From positions 68,869-132,868 of the forward strand of contig CAIPDV010000042.1 in NCBI GenBank assembly GCA_903863935.1: 64,000 bases of DNA, in the 5' to 3' direction. The DNA comes from an uncultured Bacteroidota bacterium. GTDB taxonomy: Bacteria; Bacteroidota; Bacteroidia; JABEUT01. The notes below the pieces were generated by a model that made no database searches, was not told where the DNA came from, and saw only the letters and a program-made list of their open reading frames with translations. Positions 38,979 through 49,550 of the stretch are shown piece after piece (the stretch's first letter is position 1; each line of letters starts with the position of its first letter). The translations under genes were made by a program, and so were the position numbers.

Positions 38979-40418
38979 TTATTGCCTGACAAACTTACCC
39001 TGTGCTAGTTGCCTGCCATCCTTAGATACTATCATATATAGGTACATGCCTTTCGGTTGATTTGAAAGGTCAATTTGTGTGTTGTTCTTAAATTCTCCGT
39101 TATAGATCCTTTCTCCTGTCATGTTATACACTCGTACTTGATTTATAGCTTCAAAATTCTCGCCCGAAATTGTAATAATACCACTGATGGATGGGTTAGG
39201 AGCAACTCTGGCCGTAGGTAAATTTATAGAAAATGAACAATGATTTTCAACCACTATCAGGTCGGCTGTAGGATAAGCACCATCAACACCACTAAAATCA
39301 TAAAGCTTCACAAAATTTCCGGTATGAATATCATATGAAATCAATGTACCCAGGCCATTTGCTCCGCCTGAATCAATAGGAGATATTAAAATTCCTGAAC
39401 GCGGTATTTGTACATAACCTGTTGCATAAGGATTCTCCCCAAACGGAACTCCCGGAGAACTAAAATCAATTAAAATACTGTCCTTGCCCGTATTTAAATT
39501 ATAGCTGTATAAAAGTCCGTTATTGTTCGTTCCACCCATTTGGGCAATACCATATATAAGGCCATTAGTAGCTTGAAGAAGCGCGCTTGCGTCAGAACTT
39601 GGATACATCCCATTTTTCCCTGAAAAACTAAATACCACACTATACGTTCTGCTTACAAGATCATAGGAATATAGAGCACCCCAATTACTGTCGCCACCCA
39701 AATATGTTGTACCGTAAATCAATCCGTTATTAGCCTGCATTAACCCACGTGGTTGCTTACCTGCTGCTCCATTAAAATTGACTAATACGCTATCCTTCCC
39801 GGTATTGATATTGTAATAAAAAATAGTTCCATTTCCATAGGTTCCACCTAAGGCTGTATGCCCCACTAACAACCCATTTGTGGCTTCAATAAAGTGACCG
39901 GTTGGCTTTGCTCCGTTCGAATCATTAAAGCTGAATAATATGGTTTGAGTTTTGGTTGAAAGATCATAACTATAACATATTCCCTTTCCCGCCGATCCGC
40001 CTGCAGAGGTTAATCCATAAATAAGCCCGTTACTTGCCTGAAATACCCCACCCAGCGGGGTTGCACCATTGGGTCCGCCAAAGTTGATCAATACTGTATC
40101 CTTATTTGTTTTTGGGTTCAGGCAGAACAGTACTCCTAAATTATAGGTTCCACCCAACGAAGTCTGGCTATACAAATTCCCATCGTTAGCCAATATCATA
40201 TATCCACGCGGGGTAGATCCATTAGTATCATTAAAATTGAGCATGACGGATTGCCCTCCTGACGGGTATGAATATTTGTACACACATCCTTTATTGTAAG
40301 CTCCTCCAAATTCGGTTACTCCATAAAGAGTAAAAGATTGCGCCCTGCCTGAATGGTTCAGAAATAATGCAAGAAACAATGCAGCAAGGGATGGCTTAAA
40401 TTTGGATTTAATTTTCAT
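38979..40418 (-). CDS. Secreted repeat protein ('choice-of-anchor'/GloVer-type tandem repeats) with a T9SS type-A C-terminal sorting domain
   Basis: Signal peptide. About seven tandem repeats of around 45 aa (xNGxxPxGxLxQAxNGLIYGxTxxGGxxxxGxxxxYxL). C-terminal VRVYNMTGERIYNGEF...GMYLYMIVSKDGRQLAQGKFV. Confidence 0.6.
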   Translation of the reverse strand: MKIKSKFKPSLAALFLALFLNHSGRAQSFTLYGVTEFGGAYNKGCVYKYSYPSGGQSVMLNFNDTNGSTPRGYMILANDGNLYSQTSLGGTYNLGVLFCLNPKTNKDTVLINFGGPNGATPLGGVFQASNGLIYGLTSAGGSAGKGICYSYDLSTKTQTILFSFNDSNGAKPTGHFIEATNGLLVGHTALGGTYGNGTIFYYNINTGKDSVLVNFNGAAGKQPRGLMQANNGLIYGTTYLGGDSNWGALYSYDLVSRTYSVVFSFSGKNGMYPSSDASALLQATNGLIYGIAQMGGTNNNGLLYSYNLNTGKDSILIDFSSPGVPFGENPYATGYVQIPRSGILISPIDSGGANGLGTLISYDIHTGNFVKLYDFSGVDGAYPTADLIVVENHCSFSINLPTARVAPNPSISGIITISGENFEAINQVRVYNMTGERIYNGEFKNNTQIDLSNQPKGMYLYMIVSKDGRQLAQGKFVRQ

Positions 40419-40601
40419 AAAATTATGCGTTTATTTTTCTAAATACAGACTATTCAATATCAAATATAATAACATTTTTAATATGGAAATACAAAAATAT
40501 AAATATTTAACATTTAAACAATCAATAGCTTATCCGTTATTTTAATAACCATTAAGAAAAGACAAATAGAAAGGTTGGGGAAGAAGAAATTATTTATGAA
40601 A

Positions 40602-41738
40602 TCAGACTTTTGTTTTTACGACTTCAAACCTGTCCTTCATTCTCAGGAATGGTTTTTCAAAGAATTCGTAGGAAAGAATTGATATAATAATTGTAAACAT
40701 CAGGGTGGATAAGTAGAAAACCAAATTCATTTGCCATCCACCTAAGCCACGCCCAAATAATCTTTCTGTAAATGCAAGGCAAAATATCCGCAGGATAGCA
40801 CTGTACAAATACAATCCATAGGATATCTTACCGAGGTAATTGGTCCATTTAAAATCAAGTTTTATAACTGAATTGGGATTTGCCGCAAGGTTTATAATGA
40901 TGAAACAAAAAAATAGTGAATAGAATTCAAAATAAATAAATGGCACCCGGATATTAAAAACTAGCAAGAGTAAAGTAACTATATAGACACCCCATTGCAA
41001 ATCCTTTCGAAAAAGGGTCTTTAAAATCTTATCCTTTTCTGCAACCACTAAATAAGCACCTATTCCACCAATGGCCATACAACTCAGACGATAAAATGAA
41101 ATGATCTTTTGAAAATGCCTCAACCAGGGTGACAGATGCAAGACACGACAAAAAAATCCATACCCGTTACGAATCAGCAACACGGAAATTATAACTAATA
41201 CAAAAACCTGAACATATTTTTTGGTTCTTCTTAAAAGAAAAGGTTCCATAAAATAAAACACCTCCTCTACCCTTACAGACCATGTTGCGCCAATAGCCCT
41301 TAATGTTATTCCGATGGGAGGAATAAATAAAAGGCAGAGGAAAAAGTCAATATTTTTATACGGAGAATCAACTCCCAAATCATCAATATTCATTTTTTCA
41401 CCCAGGTAAGGAAGTATGAAAAAACCGATTATGATCACTAAGTAATAGAGCGGCCAAATCCTTAATGCTCTTCGCATCAAATACTTTTTAATGTTGATGT
41501 CCCCAGTATCCATTTTCTCTTTCAATAATAAATAGCCAATGAGAAAACCACTTAAAACAAAAAACAGGGATACATCCAAACCACCAATTGGTAAATAGGA
41601 TTTTACCCATAAATGCGGCTCCTTTCCATGAAGCACTTTCAGCTCTTCGTTATGCAGAATAATAAGAATTAATGAACCAACCAAACGGAGTCCGTCGAGA
41701 TTTGGGAAGTGTACTTTATCCTTTACAACTCCATCCAT
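40602..41738 (-). CDS. Acyltransferase family 3 (OatA/OafA-like) membrane O-acyltransferase, copy a
   Basis: N-terminal FPNLDGLRLVGSLILIILH motif and about 10 TM helices. It is a paralog of 51723..52910. Confidence 0.75.
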   Translation of the reverse strand: MDGVVKDKVHFPNLDGLRLVGSLILIILHNEELKVLHGKEPHLWVKSYLPIGGLDVSLFFVLSGFLIGYLLLKEKMDTGDINIKKYLMRRALRIWPLYYLVIIIGFFILPYLGEKMNIDDLGVDSPYKNIDFFLCLLFIPPIGITLRAIGATWSVRVEEVFYFMEPFLLRRTKKYVQVFVLVIISVLLIRNGYGFFCRVLHLSPWLRHFQKIISFYRLSCMAIGGIGAYLVVAEKDKILKTLFRKDLQWGVYIVTLLLLVFNIRVPFIYFEFYSLFFCFIIINLAANPNSVIKLDFKWTNYLGKISYGLYLYSAILRIFCLAFTERLFGRGLGGWQMNLVFYLSTLMFTIIISILSYEFFEKPFLRMKDRFEVVKTKV

Positions 41739-41739
41739 C

Positions 41740-42495
41740 TTAACCCTTGAAAAGATTATAAATTGGCTTGCCTATAATAACAATCATCATAACAAAGCCA
41801 AAAAGAAGGGTTTTCATAAAAACAGGCATCTTGTTAATTATAGTGGTCTTATTATAGATGTAGGAAACGTGTCGGGCAAGTATGGATGCACAAATCAAAG
41901 TCTTTTTATTCATAAATTCCGGCCGGATAACATCCATAATAATTATAATACGTCTTTTGTCTGTATTGTTCCATGCTGAATGCTTGTAGGCATCGTTAAA
42001 TATCAGACATTTCCCATTTTCCCAACTTTGTGATTCGCCATTTACCTTAAATCCGCATTCTGGTAAAACCCCTGGAATTTCAATACCGATATGGCAACGC
42101 ATAATTCCATTTGTATCACCTTCGTGCTCTCCTATTTTTGAATTTGCACTTAGCCTGCTTATAGTTACCGAGACAAGCCCCGGAATTTGTTTTAGTAGCT
42201 TATCCATTTTGGGACATTTCTTATCAAACTCATTTGAAATTTTAAGTCCCCAGAAAAGTGATGTAATCGCACTCCAGCTTTTTGCCGTATCTAATCCGCC
42301 GTAAAAAGTTGCAGTTGAAACAAATTTATCGTCTTTTTCTTTAATAAAGTTGCTGATCTCCTCCTGCCAGGCAGGCCAGTTGTCTTCCAAAGCCATAGCC
42401 CACGGGAAATCCTTCACCTTAAAATACCAGGGCTCATTTCCCGGGTAAGGTCGCCTGCTTGAACCATACCACAATTGTTTCTTTCCGACTTCCAT
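41740..42495 (-). CDS. Aspartyl/asparaginyl beta-hydroxylase-family (LpxO/OlsC-like) Fe(II)/2OG dioxygenase with a C-terminal TM anchor
   Basis: Similar to PF05118-type sequences (WYFKVKDFPWAMALEDNWP...HEGDTNGIMRCHIGIEIPG). Hydrophobic C-terminus. Confidence 0.6.
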   Translation of the reverse strand: MEVGKKQLWYGSSRRPYPGNEPWYFKVKDFPWAMALEDNWPAWQEEISNFIKEKDDKFVSTATFYGGLDTAKSWSAITSLFWGLKISNEFDKKCPKMDKLLKQIPGLVSVTISRLSANSKIGEHEGDTNGIMRCHIGIEIPGVLPECGFKVNGESQSWENGKCLIFNDAYKHSAWNNTDKRRIIIIMDVIRPEFMNKKTLICASILARHVSYIYNKTTIINKMPVFMKTLLFGFVMMIVIIGKPIYNLFKG

Positions 42496-42594
42496 TACTT
42501 GACCTATTATTGCACAAATATAGAGTAATATGGTGCTCTTTAACCGGGCATTACTCCTTAATTGAATTTATATGCTTTAGTATCTTTGTGACGG

Positions 42595-43638
42595 ATGAAT
42601 GCACAAGTTTCATTATATACAACGGAAGAAATTGAAAGGATAAAAAACACGCCGATGTTTTTTGTTTTGGGTAAAGAACGTTCCGGGACAACATTATTGC
42701 AACTGATGCTTAATGCTCATGCAAACATTATTGCTCCGCCTGAATCAAGGTTTATTATTCTTCTCTATTTCAGATATGGAAAAACAAAAAAATGGACGGA
42801 ACAAATAATTTCTTCCCTGTGCGATAATCTTTTTGAAGAGGGCCTATTTCGTGATTTTTGGGGCATTGATAAACAGCAATTGAAAAATCAATTAATTACT
42901 GCAAAGGATATGCTTACCTTCTCTTTACTTTGCAAAATAATTTTCCGGATTTCAGCCCCCGGCAAAAATGAAGTACGGATATTTTTCGATAAAAATCCTT
43001 TATACTATTACTTCCTGCCGGAACTAAATAAAATTTTTCCGGAAGCGAAATATCTCCACTTGGTTCGCGATTATAGGGCAAATTTGGTAAGCCACCGCAA
43101 AGTATTTACTGTAAAAAAAGGTACGGATATTGCATTCCGCTGGATGAAAGTAAATATGCTGGTGGAAGAGGCAAAGAAAATGGCTCCACAAAATTATTTT
43201 ACGCTCACCTATGAGTCGCTTGTGGGTAGTCCTGTCGATACTCTAAGTAAAGTCTGCCTGTTTCTGAATCTACCCTTTGATGAAAACATGGTTCAGAACC
43301 ATCAGTCAGGCATGTATTCAAAATTCAACAGCAATAAAAAAGAAGGATTCTTAAAAGTTCATCAAAATGTATTTAATCCAATAAATCCGTCTCTCATAAG
43401 CGAATGGAAAGAAAAAATTCCAAAAGAGGAATTAATGAACGTGGAAGCAGCAGTTGGTAACTTTGCAAAGTCGATGTATGGTTATGAATTAATATTTCCT
43501 GAAAAATCAGGGAATAATCCTAACGGCTTTTTTATGATGAACCTAAAATATAAAGCCATTAAATCCCTTTATCGGAAAGCATTAGCCAACTTATGGCTTT
43601 ATCGTAATATCAAGAAATATGTATGGGGAGGTTTTTAA
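42595..43638 (+). CDS. PAPS-dependent sulfotransferase (Sulfotransfer_3-like), ST1
   Basis: 5'-PSB motif GKERSGTTLL and 3'-PB motif VRDYRANL. Confidence 0.8.
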   Translation: MNAQVSLYTTEEIERIKNTPMFFVLGKERSGTTLLQLMLNAHANIIAPPESRFIILLYFRYGKTKKWTEQIISSLCDNLFEEGLFRDFWGIDKQQLKNQLITAKDMLTFSLLCKIIFRISAPGKNEVRIFFDKNPLYYYFLPELNKIFPEAKYLHLVRDYRANLVSHRKVFTVKKGTDIAFRWMKVNMLVEEAKKMAPQNYFTLTYESLVGSPVDTLSKVCLFLNLPFDENMVQNHQSGMYSKFNSNKKEGFLKVHQNVFNPINPSLISEWKEKIPKEELMNVEAAVGNFAKSMYGYELIFPEKSGNNPNGFFMMNLKYKAIKSLYRKALANLWLYRNIKKYVWGGF

Positions 43639-43648
43639 TCTCTTTCAA

Positions 43649-44701
43649 TTAATATGCTTCACCAATCCTTCCTTTTTTAAATTTTTTGGAGTACCAAAGG
43701 TTAAAGCTAAGGTTAGAAAATCTAAATCGGGTGAATCCAATCCACAAATTAAATACTATCATTTTCCATATTATTAATATGACTGGAATTCCAGTACTTC
43801 TTTTTGAAACATTCGTATTATAACCATACTTGGTATTTGCAAACTCTCCTGTGATATATTCAACAATTATTTTCTCTTCTGCCTTCAACTCACCTTCCCA
43901 TTTATTTATACTTTCAATATTTACAGGTTTCGTAAGACTTTTATGGATTTTTTCCAGGTATTTTTTCTCGAATTTCCGGTTATGAGACATGTCAGGAATT
44001 TTATGGGTCAGCATCTCCTCATTGAATGGCAGATTTAAAAAACCGCATAAATCTTTCAAAGTACCTTCGGTATCTTCCACCAATTTCTCATACTTAATTG
44101 TAAAATATTTTGATGGATTATTTTTTTTATCACTCTCTATAATTGAATTCTGAATAACCCATCCATTAGCATTAAAAATATAATTTTTCATACTAAAGGT
44201 CTTCATTGTACTATTTATAACGGCTCTGGGATCACGAACTATATGAATAAATTTCCCATTGGGATAAAGCACCCTAAGCTTATCAATAAATAAAATATAA
44301 AGCGGGTTTTTATCTGAAATAAGCTTCACATCTCCTTTATCTCGTTTCATTTGGTAATAGACCATCTTACATATCAATGAAAAGTCCGCAACTTCCCGGG
44401 CCGCCATCAGGTTTTTCAAAAGCAGGTCCCAATTTATATTCCAGTATTCAACAAACTGCGGATCCATTTTTAAGGAGTCGACAAAATCAATAATATCACT
44501 TTCCGTCCATTTTTTAATGGATGAAAATCGTGGATAAAGAATTGCAATAAATTTTGTTTCGGGTGGTGCAACAATATTGGGATGCGCATCAAGGAGTGAT
44601 TGTAATAGGGTTGTTCCTGAGCGACCTGTGCCTAACACAAATACAACTGGAATTTCCTTCAATTTATCTATTTCATCCGCTTTAATTACTTTCTCCATCA
44701 T
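43649..44701 (-). CDS. PAPS-dependent sulfotransferase, ST2
   Basis: GTGRSGTTLL and VRDPRAVI. Confidence 0.8.
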   Translation of the reverse strand: MMEKVIKADEIDKLKEIPVVFVLGTGRSGTTLLQSLLDAHPNIVAPPETKFIAILYPRFSSIKKWTESDIIDFVDSLKMDPQFVEYWNINWDLLLKNLMAAREVADFSLICKMVYYQMKRDKGDVKLISDKNPLYILFIDKLRVLYPNGKFIHIVRDPRAVINSTMKTFSMKNYIFNANGWVIQNSIIESDKKNNPSKYFTIKYEKLVEDTEGTLKDLCGFLNLPFNEEMLTHKIPDMSHNRKFEKKYLEKIHKSLTKPVNIESINKWEGELKAEEKIIVEYITGEFANTKYGYNTNVSKRSTGIPVILIIWKMIVFNLWIGFTRFRFSNLSFNLWYSKKFKKGRIGEAY

Positions 44702-44744
44702 AACAAAGCTAAGCTTTTCCTGACTTTATGAATTCCAAATGAGC

Positions 44745-45782
44745 TCAAAGGCCATAACCTTTCAAATAATTTTTCCGGTAATACGAATTGAACTTATACC
44801 AATTATACCTTGCTTTTGTAAATCCCTCCCAAAGAGCGTAAACAACTTTCGTTTTAAATAATCTATATGCAGAAATATGCTTATTGGGTTTTGATTCACC
44901 CAGTAAATAGCCATATTTTTCTTTGGCATATTTGCCTGTAATATTTTCAGTAACTGCCAAATCATATTCATCAAGTTCAGTCTTCCATTTGCCAATATTA
45001 GAGGCATTAATTGGCTTTAAAAGGCTCTCATGAATTTCTTTATATCGTTCAAATATTGCCTCTTCCTTCAAATTTTCAACATTTTCTGCGAACTTATTTT
45101 TCATTATTGAATTATCATATGGCACATTCAGAAATTCGCATAATAATTTAAAAGTATCGTTAGGATTGGTCACCATCTTCTCGTAAATAACCGTAATAAA
45201 TTGTTGCGGAAATTGCTCTTTCACCTTTTCAATTGCTTGATTCAGACCAACCCACTGCCGGGAAATAAAAAACGTATTTTTCTTTTTCAATCTTTTAATA
45301 TGTCCGTTTATAACATCCCTGGGATCCCTAATTATATGTATGAATCTGGCTTCAGGAAATATCCCGAGAAGCTTATTTGCAAAATAAGAATTCCGAGGAT
45401 CTTTATCCGAGATAAGCAATATGTTTTCTTTATTATTTTTCTTTTGAAGGAAAACAATTTTGCAAGCAAGTTGATAATTTAAACCTTCCCTTAATCTTAT
45501 TAGCTCTTCAAAGAGATTTGCTTTATTCAAAAGCCAGATTTTTGATATTCGCGGAAGACTGAAAAGATCTTCAACAAAATCGTGAACAGTTTTTTCAGTC
45601 CACCTTTTTATCCCTCCAAACTTCGGATACAAAAACAGAATAAAATCGCTTTCCGGCGGGCCCACAATCTGCGGATGTGAATCAAGCATTTCCTGCATTA
45701 AGGTAGTACCGGAACGGCTGCTTCCCAAAATAAAAAGCATTGGTAACTTTTCAATTTCACTGCTCGTAATCCCTTCATTCAT
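44745..45782 (-). CDS. PAPS-dependent sulfotransferase, ST3
   Basis: GSSRSGTTLM and IRDPRDVI. A 4-bp overlap with the upstream GT2 gene implies translational coupling. Confidence 0.8.
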   Translation of the reverse strand: MNEGITSSEIEKLPMLFILGSSRSGTTLMQEMLDSHPQIVGPPESDFILFLYPKFGGIKRWTEKTVHDFVEDLFSLPRISKIWLLNKANLFEELIRLREGLNYQLACKIVFLQKKNNKENILLISDKDPRNSYFANKLLGIFPEARFIHIIRDPRDVINGHIKRLKKKNTFFISRQWVGLNQAIEKVKEQFPQQFITVIYEKMVTNPNDTFKLLCEFLNVPYDNSIMKNKFAENVENLKEEAIFERYKEIHESLLKPINASNIGKWKTELDEYDLAVTENITGKYAKEKYGYLLGESKPNKHISAYRLFKTKVVYALWEGFTKARYNWYKFNSYYRKNYLKGYGL

Positions 45783-46894
45783 CGTGATAAATATTTAATT
45801 AAAAAATAAACCCCGATTGAAATAAATAGATAGGCAAAGAATTTTATAGCTGCCCAAAATCGTTGATAGTTAATATTTTTTCCATTGCAAAAGAAATCAA
45901 ATCGCTTACTAATCCCTTGAAAAATCGTAAATTTTTGGAATTGCATTTTTAATCTTCCATAATCTATTGCTGCTCTTACCCATATAACCTCATGCGTGAA
46001 TTTGCTTTTGCCTAACCCTCCACTCTTCTGCAACCTCATAAACTCCACAATAAATTCTCCTGCAAGCACTCCGATAGAAACACAAAGAATTGGAAGGAAT
46101 GAGTGGATGCAAAAACATACAATTAAGGTAAGTGGGAGGCCAACAAGGAAACACTCCACCATATTGGGAAATGTATAAAACGAATATTGAGGAAATTTTT
46201 GCATTAAAATTGCTGCACCTCCGTTAACCCTTATAAACCTTGAATAATCTCTCTTCCCTTTATTCCACCAATCGTGATAAACAGGAGTATTGGTAAGGCA
46301 TTGCAATTCCTGCTTCGTATTATTATAAATCCGGAGAAAAAAATCAGCTTCCTCACAGGCTCCCCGTTTATCGTATATTTCCAGAAAACGGACATCGCCT
46401 ATTGCGGAGCGCTTTACAACCACATTAGCTGTAGCAGCACATTTTGAATGCTCACGCAAACGGGCCACAGAAAATCCTGCCAGAATACTACCGGCACGCA
46501 AACCTGCGGTGAAACTATTTATGGATTCGGGAAATATAACTTCTCCTAAAAACCCAACCTCTCCTGGCCTTTCAATGATGGCCTTTAAATAGTTTATCAG
46601 TAAATCTTTAGGTGGCTTTACATCATCATCCAAAAACAAAATCCAATCGGCCGTTGATTTATCAATACCGATATTCCTTGTTTTGCTTACTCCATAATTA
46701 GCTTCATTCGCAATTAGGATAACTTTATCATTGTCGACCTGTGTTGCAAAATCTGCCGGTATTTTGCCCTGCGGGTTATCAGAAATTATCAGAAACCTGA
46801 CTTTCGCTTCACTGGGAATATCCATGCTTACTATGGCAGTGAGATATTCACTTTGCAAACGGAAAGAAGGAACTATAACATCCAATGAAACCAT
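45779..46894 (-). CDS. Glycosyltransferase family 2 with a C-terminal membrane region, GT2-a
   Basis: N-terminal VSLDVIVPSFR and the DxD-type motif ILFLDDDV. Two to three C-terminal TM helices. Confidence 0.7.
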   Translation of the reverse strand: MVSLDVIVPSFRLQSEYLTAIVSMDIPSEAKVRFLIISDNPQGKIPADFATQVDNDKVILIANEANYGVSKTRNIGIDKSTADWILFLDDDVKPPKDLLINYLKAIIERPGEVGFLGEVIFPESINSFTAGLRAGSILAGFSVARLREHSKCAATANVVVKRSAIGDVRFLEIYDKRGACEEADFFLRIYNNTKQELQCLTNTPVYHDWWNKGKRDYSRFIRVNGGAAILMQKFPQYSFYTFPNMVECFLVGLPLTLIVCFCIHSFLPILCVSIGVLAGEFIVEFMRLQKSGGLGKSKFTHEVIWVRAAIDYGRLKMQFQKFTIFQGISKRFDFFCNGKNINYQRFWAAIKFFAYLFISIGVYFLIKYLSR

Positions 46895-46964
46895 ACTTAA
46901 CTATTCCCCAAAAGTAAATAAAATTAAGGAATAAATCTATTTGTGAAACCCACCTGAACTCCCG

Positions 46965-47900
46965 CTATTTAAGTAGGGGCGAATTGTAATTTTTCAAGAT
47001 CTCATCATTCAGTATTTTACTGAATTTGATCGCGCCATCCTTATTAAGATGTGTTACTTCCCTGAAGTCTTCGTCTGTAAATCTTGAATCGGTATGGTAA
47101 TCATACTTCCTGCAACTATAAATTGAACACAACCCATTTATTGCACTATCAATGGTTTTCATCCTGTTCTTATCTAAATATTTATTATAAAAATGGTTGT
47201 AAGGCGCAATAAAAAACACCGGTTCAATATTGCGTTTCTTCAATTCCCCGATAAATATTTTCAGATCGCTAATGTTATCTGCAAAATTTTCCTGCTTCAT
47301 TTCCTTTTCATGAGCTTTGGCAAGATTATACCCGGCCGAATCATTCAAGGGGCCTTTCTTTCCGCCAATAGCCCAACCGTTTTCCTGATAGCCTCTTTCA
47401 AGATCAGTACTAAATCCACTTAGGGCAAAATTCCAGGCTTTTTCATTTCCATACGCCAATATTTTACTGTATAAATGGATATCATACCACTTGATTGAAG
47501 GATACCGAATACCCCATTCCCTGGCATAAAAATAATCGCGAAATGGTTCATCGCATGTATGTACCTGGAACCAAAAACTTGGGTAAGAAATATCGATGAG
47601 TACCACTTTTAGCGAGGTCATTTTATCCAGATACTTCAAGGTTATTCTGGTATCATAATAAATTGACTGCTGAATATTTGCAACGTTATATCCCTTCATT
47701 GAAAAACAATCAGGGTCAACCCCTCTTAGCGAGTGGGAAGGGCCAAGCACAAGCACTTCTATCTTTGGAGCCAATGACTCAAGATGTTCCCTTTTCATTG
47801 AATAACTATCGGGCATGCGACTCAATCCATACTCCCATGCAGCAATAAATCCACTGATGGGGATGAGAAAAATAAATAATCGAATTACAAATTTTTTCAT
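46965..47900 (-). CDS. MBOAT-partner protein (DltD/AlgX/AlgJ-like SGNH-type, DUF1574-like)
   Basis: N-terminal anchor, 311 aa. Immediately downstream of the MBOAT gene and abutting it (47900/47901). Candidate catalytic residues VLVLGPSHS ... D..H (TDEDFREVTHLN). Confidence 0.45.
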   Translation of the reverse strand: MKKFVIRLFIFLIPISGFIAAWEYGLSRMPDSYSMKREHLESLAPKIEVLVLGPSHSLRGVDPDCFSMKGYNVANIQQSIYYDTRITLKYLDKMTSLKVVLIDISYPSFWFQVHTCDEPFRDYFYAREWGIRYPSIKWYDIHLYSKILAYGNEKAWNFALSGFSTDLERGYQENGWAIGGKKGPLNDSAGYNLAKAHEKEMKQENFADNISDLKIFIGELKKRNIEPVFFIAPYNHFYNKYLDKNRMKTIDSAINGLCSIYSCRKYDYHTDSRFTDEDFREVTHLNKDGAIKFSKILNDEILKNYNSPLLK

Positions 47901-49340
47901 CTAAAACTGGAAATAAATAAATTGCCTGTGCTCAAAAATTCCATATACCCCTATTACAAATATGGCTGCATAATAAACTGCCCACCTGATATATACCGGT
48001 TGCTTAAGAAACCTGTTTAACAACGAGTGATTTCTATAGAAATATTGTAATAACTCAAGAACAATTATTAAACCGAATGAAAGAACCAAATAGGAGTTTT
48101 TAACTCCCATAAACTGCAAGTGATGAAAATGCAACAGGTCGTTAAAACTAGTAAACATGTGCCCTGCAATGTAAAACGCATTTGAAATATTATTGGAAGC
48201 GAAAAATATGGTGGCAAAACCAACCAGTGTAAACGTACCAACAATAGAAAATATGCTATATTTCCGGATGCCTATGGCCGTTCGAAATGCCTTCCATGGT
48301 TTACGTGCCAGGGTACCTATCATTAAATAAACGCCGTTTATCACTCCCCACATAATGAAATTCCAACTGGCACCGTGCCAAAGCCCGACAAGAAAAAATA
48401 TTACAAACACATTAAAAAGGTGGCCGGGCACGCCTCTGTACTTTCTGCTCATTGGCATGAACAGGTAATCCCTGAACCAGGTGGATAATGATATATGCCA
48501 TCGTGTCCAAAATTCCGCGATTGTTTTTGACATGAATGGGTAGTTGAAATTCTGCATAAGTTTAATACCCATTACTCTTGCAGCCCCCCGGGCAATATCA
48601 GTATATCCGGAAAAATCGCAATAAATTTTATAGTTGCAAAATAAGGTAGCAATAACCAGGCTTATTCCATTAAAGTGATGAGGATCAGTATAAACATTAT
48701 CTATTAATATAGCCAACCGGTCAGCAATAACAACCTTTTTAAAGAGCCCCCAAGCCATCAAGCGCAACCCACTTGCAACATTCGCATAATCGAATTCGTG
48801 GTTCTGTTTTAATTGCGGAAGCAAATTCTGAGGTCTTTCAATTGGCCCGGCAACTAATTGCGGATAGAACATTACATACAGTGAGTATATCCCGAAGTGT
48901 CGCTCCGCCTTTTGGTTGCCACGATAAACCTCGATGGTATAACTCATGGCCTGAAACGTGTGGAATGAAAGCCCTATTGGAAGCAATATAGCCAGACCGG
49001 GGATTGGGTTAGCGACGTGAAAATTACCCAGAAGAAAAGTAAGGTTATCGTTCAAAAAATTATAATACTTGAAAACCGCCAGCACGCCTATGTTTGCAAC
49101 AAGGCTACAAGTCAAATAGAGTTTTCTTCGTTTGCCCTGGGCACCTTCAATAAAAATCCCGGCGAAATAATCAATAACAATGGTAAAGCCCAGTATCAGT
49201 ATATATATTGGCACAAAGGCCATATAGAAATAACAACTGGCCGCAAGCAGAAGCACCCATCTCCATTGGTGTGTTAAACTAAAATAGAGCACCGTTACAA
49301 TTACAAAAAAATAGAGAAACTGCAGGGAGTTAAAGAGCAT
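47901..49340 (-). CDS. MBOAT-family membrane O-acyltransferase (AlgI/DltB-like)
   Basis: Signature WTRWHISLSTWFRDYLF and the conserved His in GLWHGASWNF. 479 aa, polytopic. Confidence 0.8.
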   Translation of the reverse strand: MLFNSLQFLYFFVIVTVLYFSLTHQWRWVLLLAASCYFYMAFVPIYILILGFTIVIDYFAGIFIEGAQGKRRKLYLTCSLVANIGVLAVFKYYNFLNDNLTFLLGNFHVANPIPGLAILLPIGLSFHTFQAMSYTIEVYRGNQKAERHFGIYSLYVMFYPQLVAGPIERPQNLLPQLKQNHEFDYANVASGLRLMAWGLFKKVVIADRLAILIDNVYTDPHHFNGISLVIATLFCNYKIYCDFSGYTDIARGAARVMGIKLMQNFNYPFMSKTIAEFWTRWHISLSTWFRDYLFMPMSRKYRGVPGHLFNVFVIFFLVGLWHGASWNFIMWGVINGVYLMIGTLARKPWKAFRTAIGIRKYSIFSIVGTFTLVGFATIFFASNNISNAFYIAGHMFTSFNDLLHFHHLQFMGVKNSYLVLSFGLIIVLELLQYFYRNHSLLNRFLKQPVYIRWAVYYAAIFVIGVYGIFEHRQFIYFQF

Positions 49341-49550
49341 ACGTAATTATCGTTGCAATTGGGATTGATGCAAAATTATATTTTTATCTTTGCGCAATGC
49401 AGATTTGGATTGAAAAAGAAAATCGGCCTGCTTTTCGGGTTATTTAACAATCCTTTCTATTAAAACTGCTGAATGGCTTATTGCTACAAAATGCTTATAG
49501 AGTTGTCCAAGCAAAAAACAGTTATAAAGATTAATACTTTTCAAAAATAA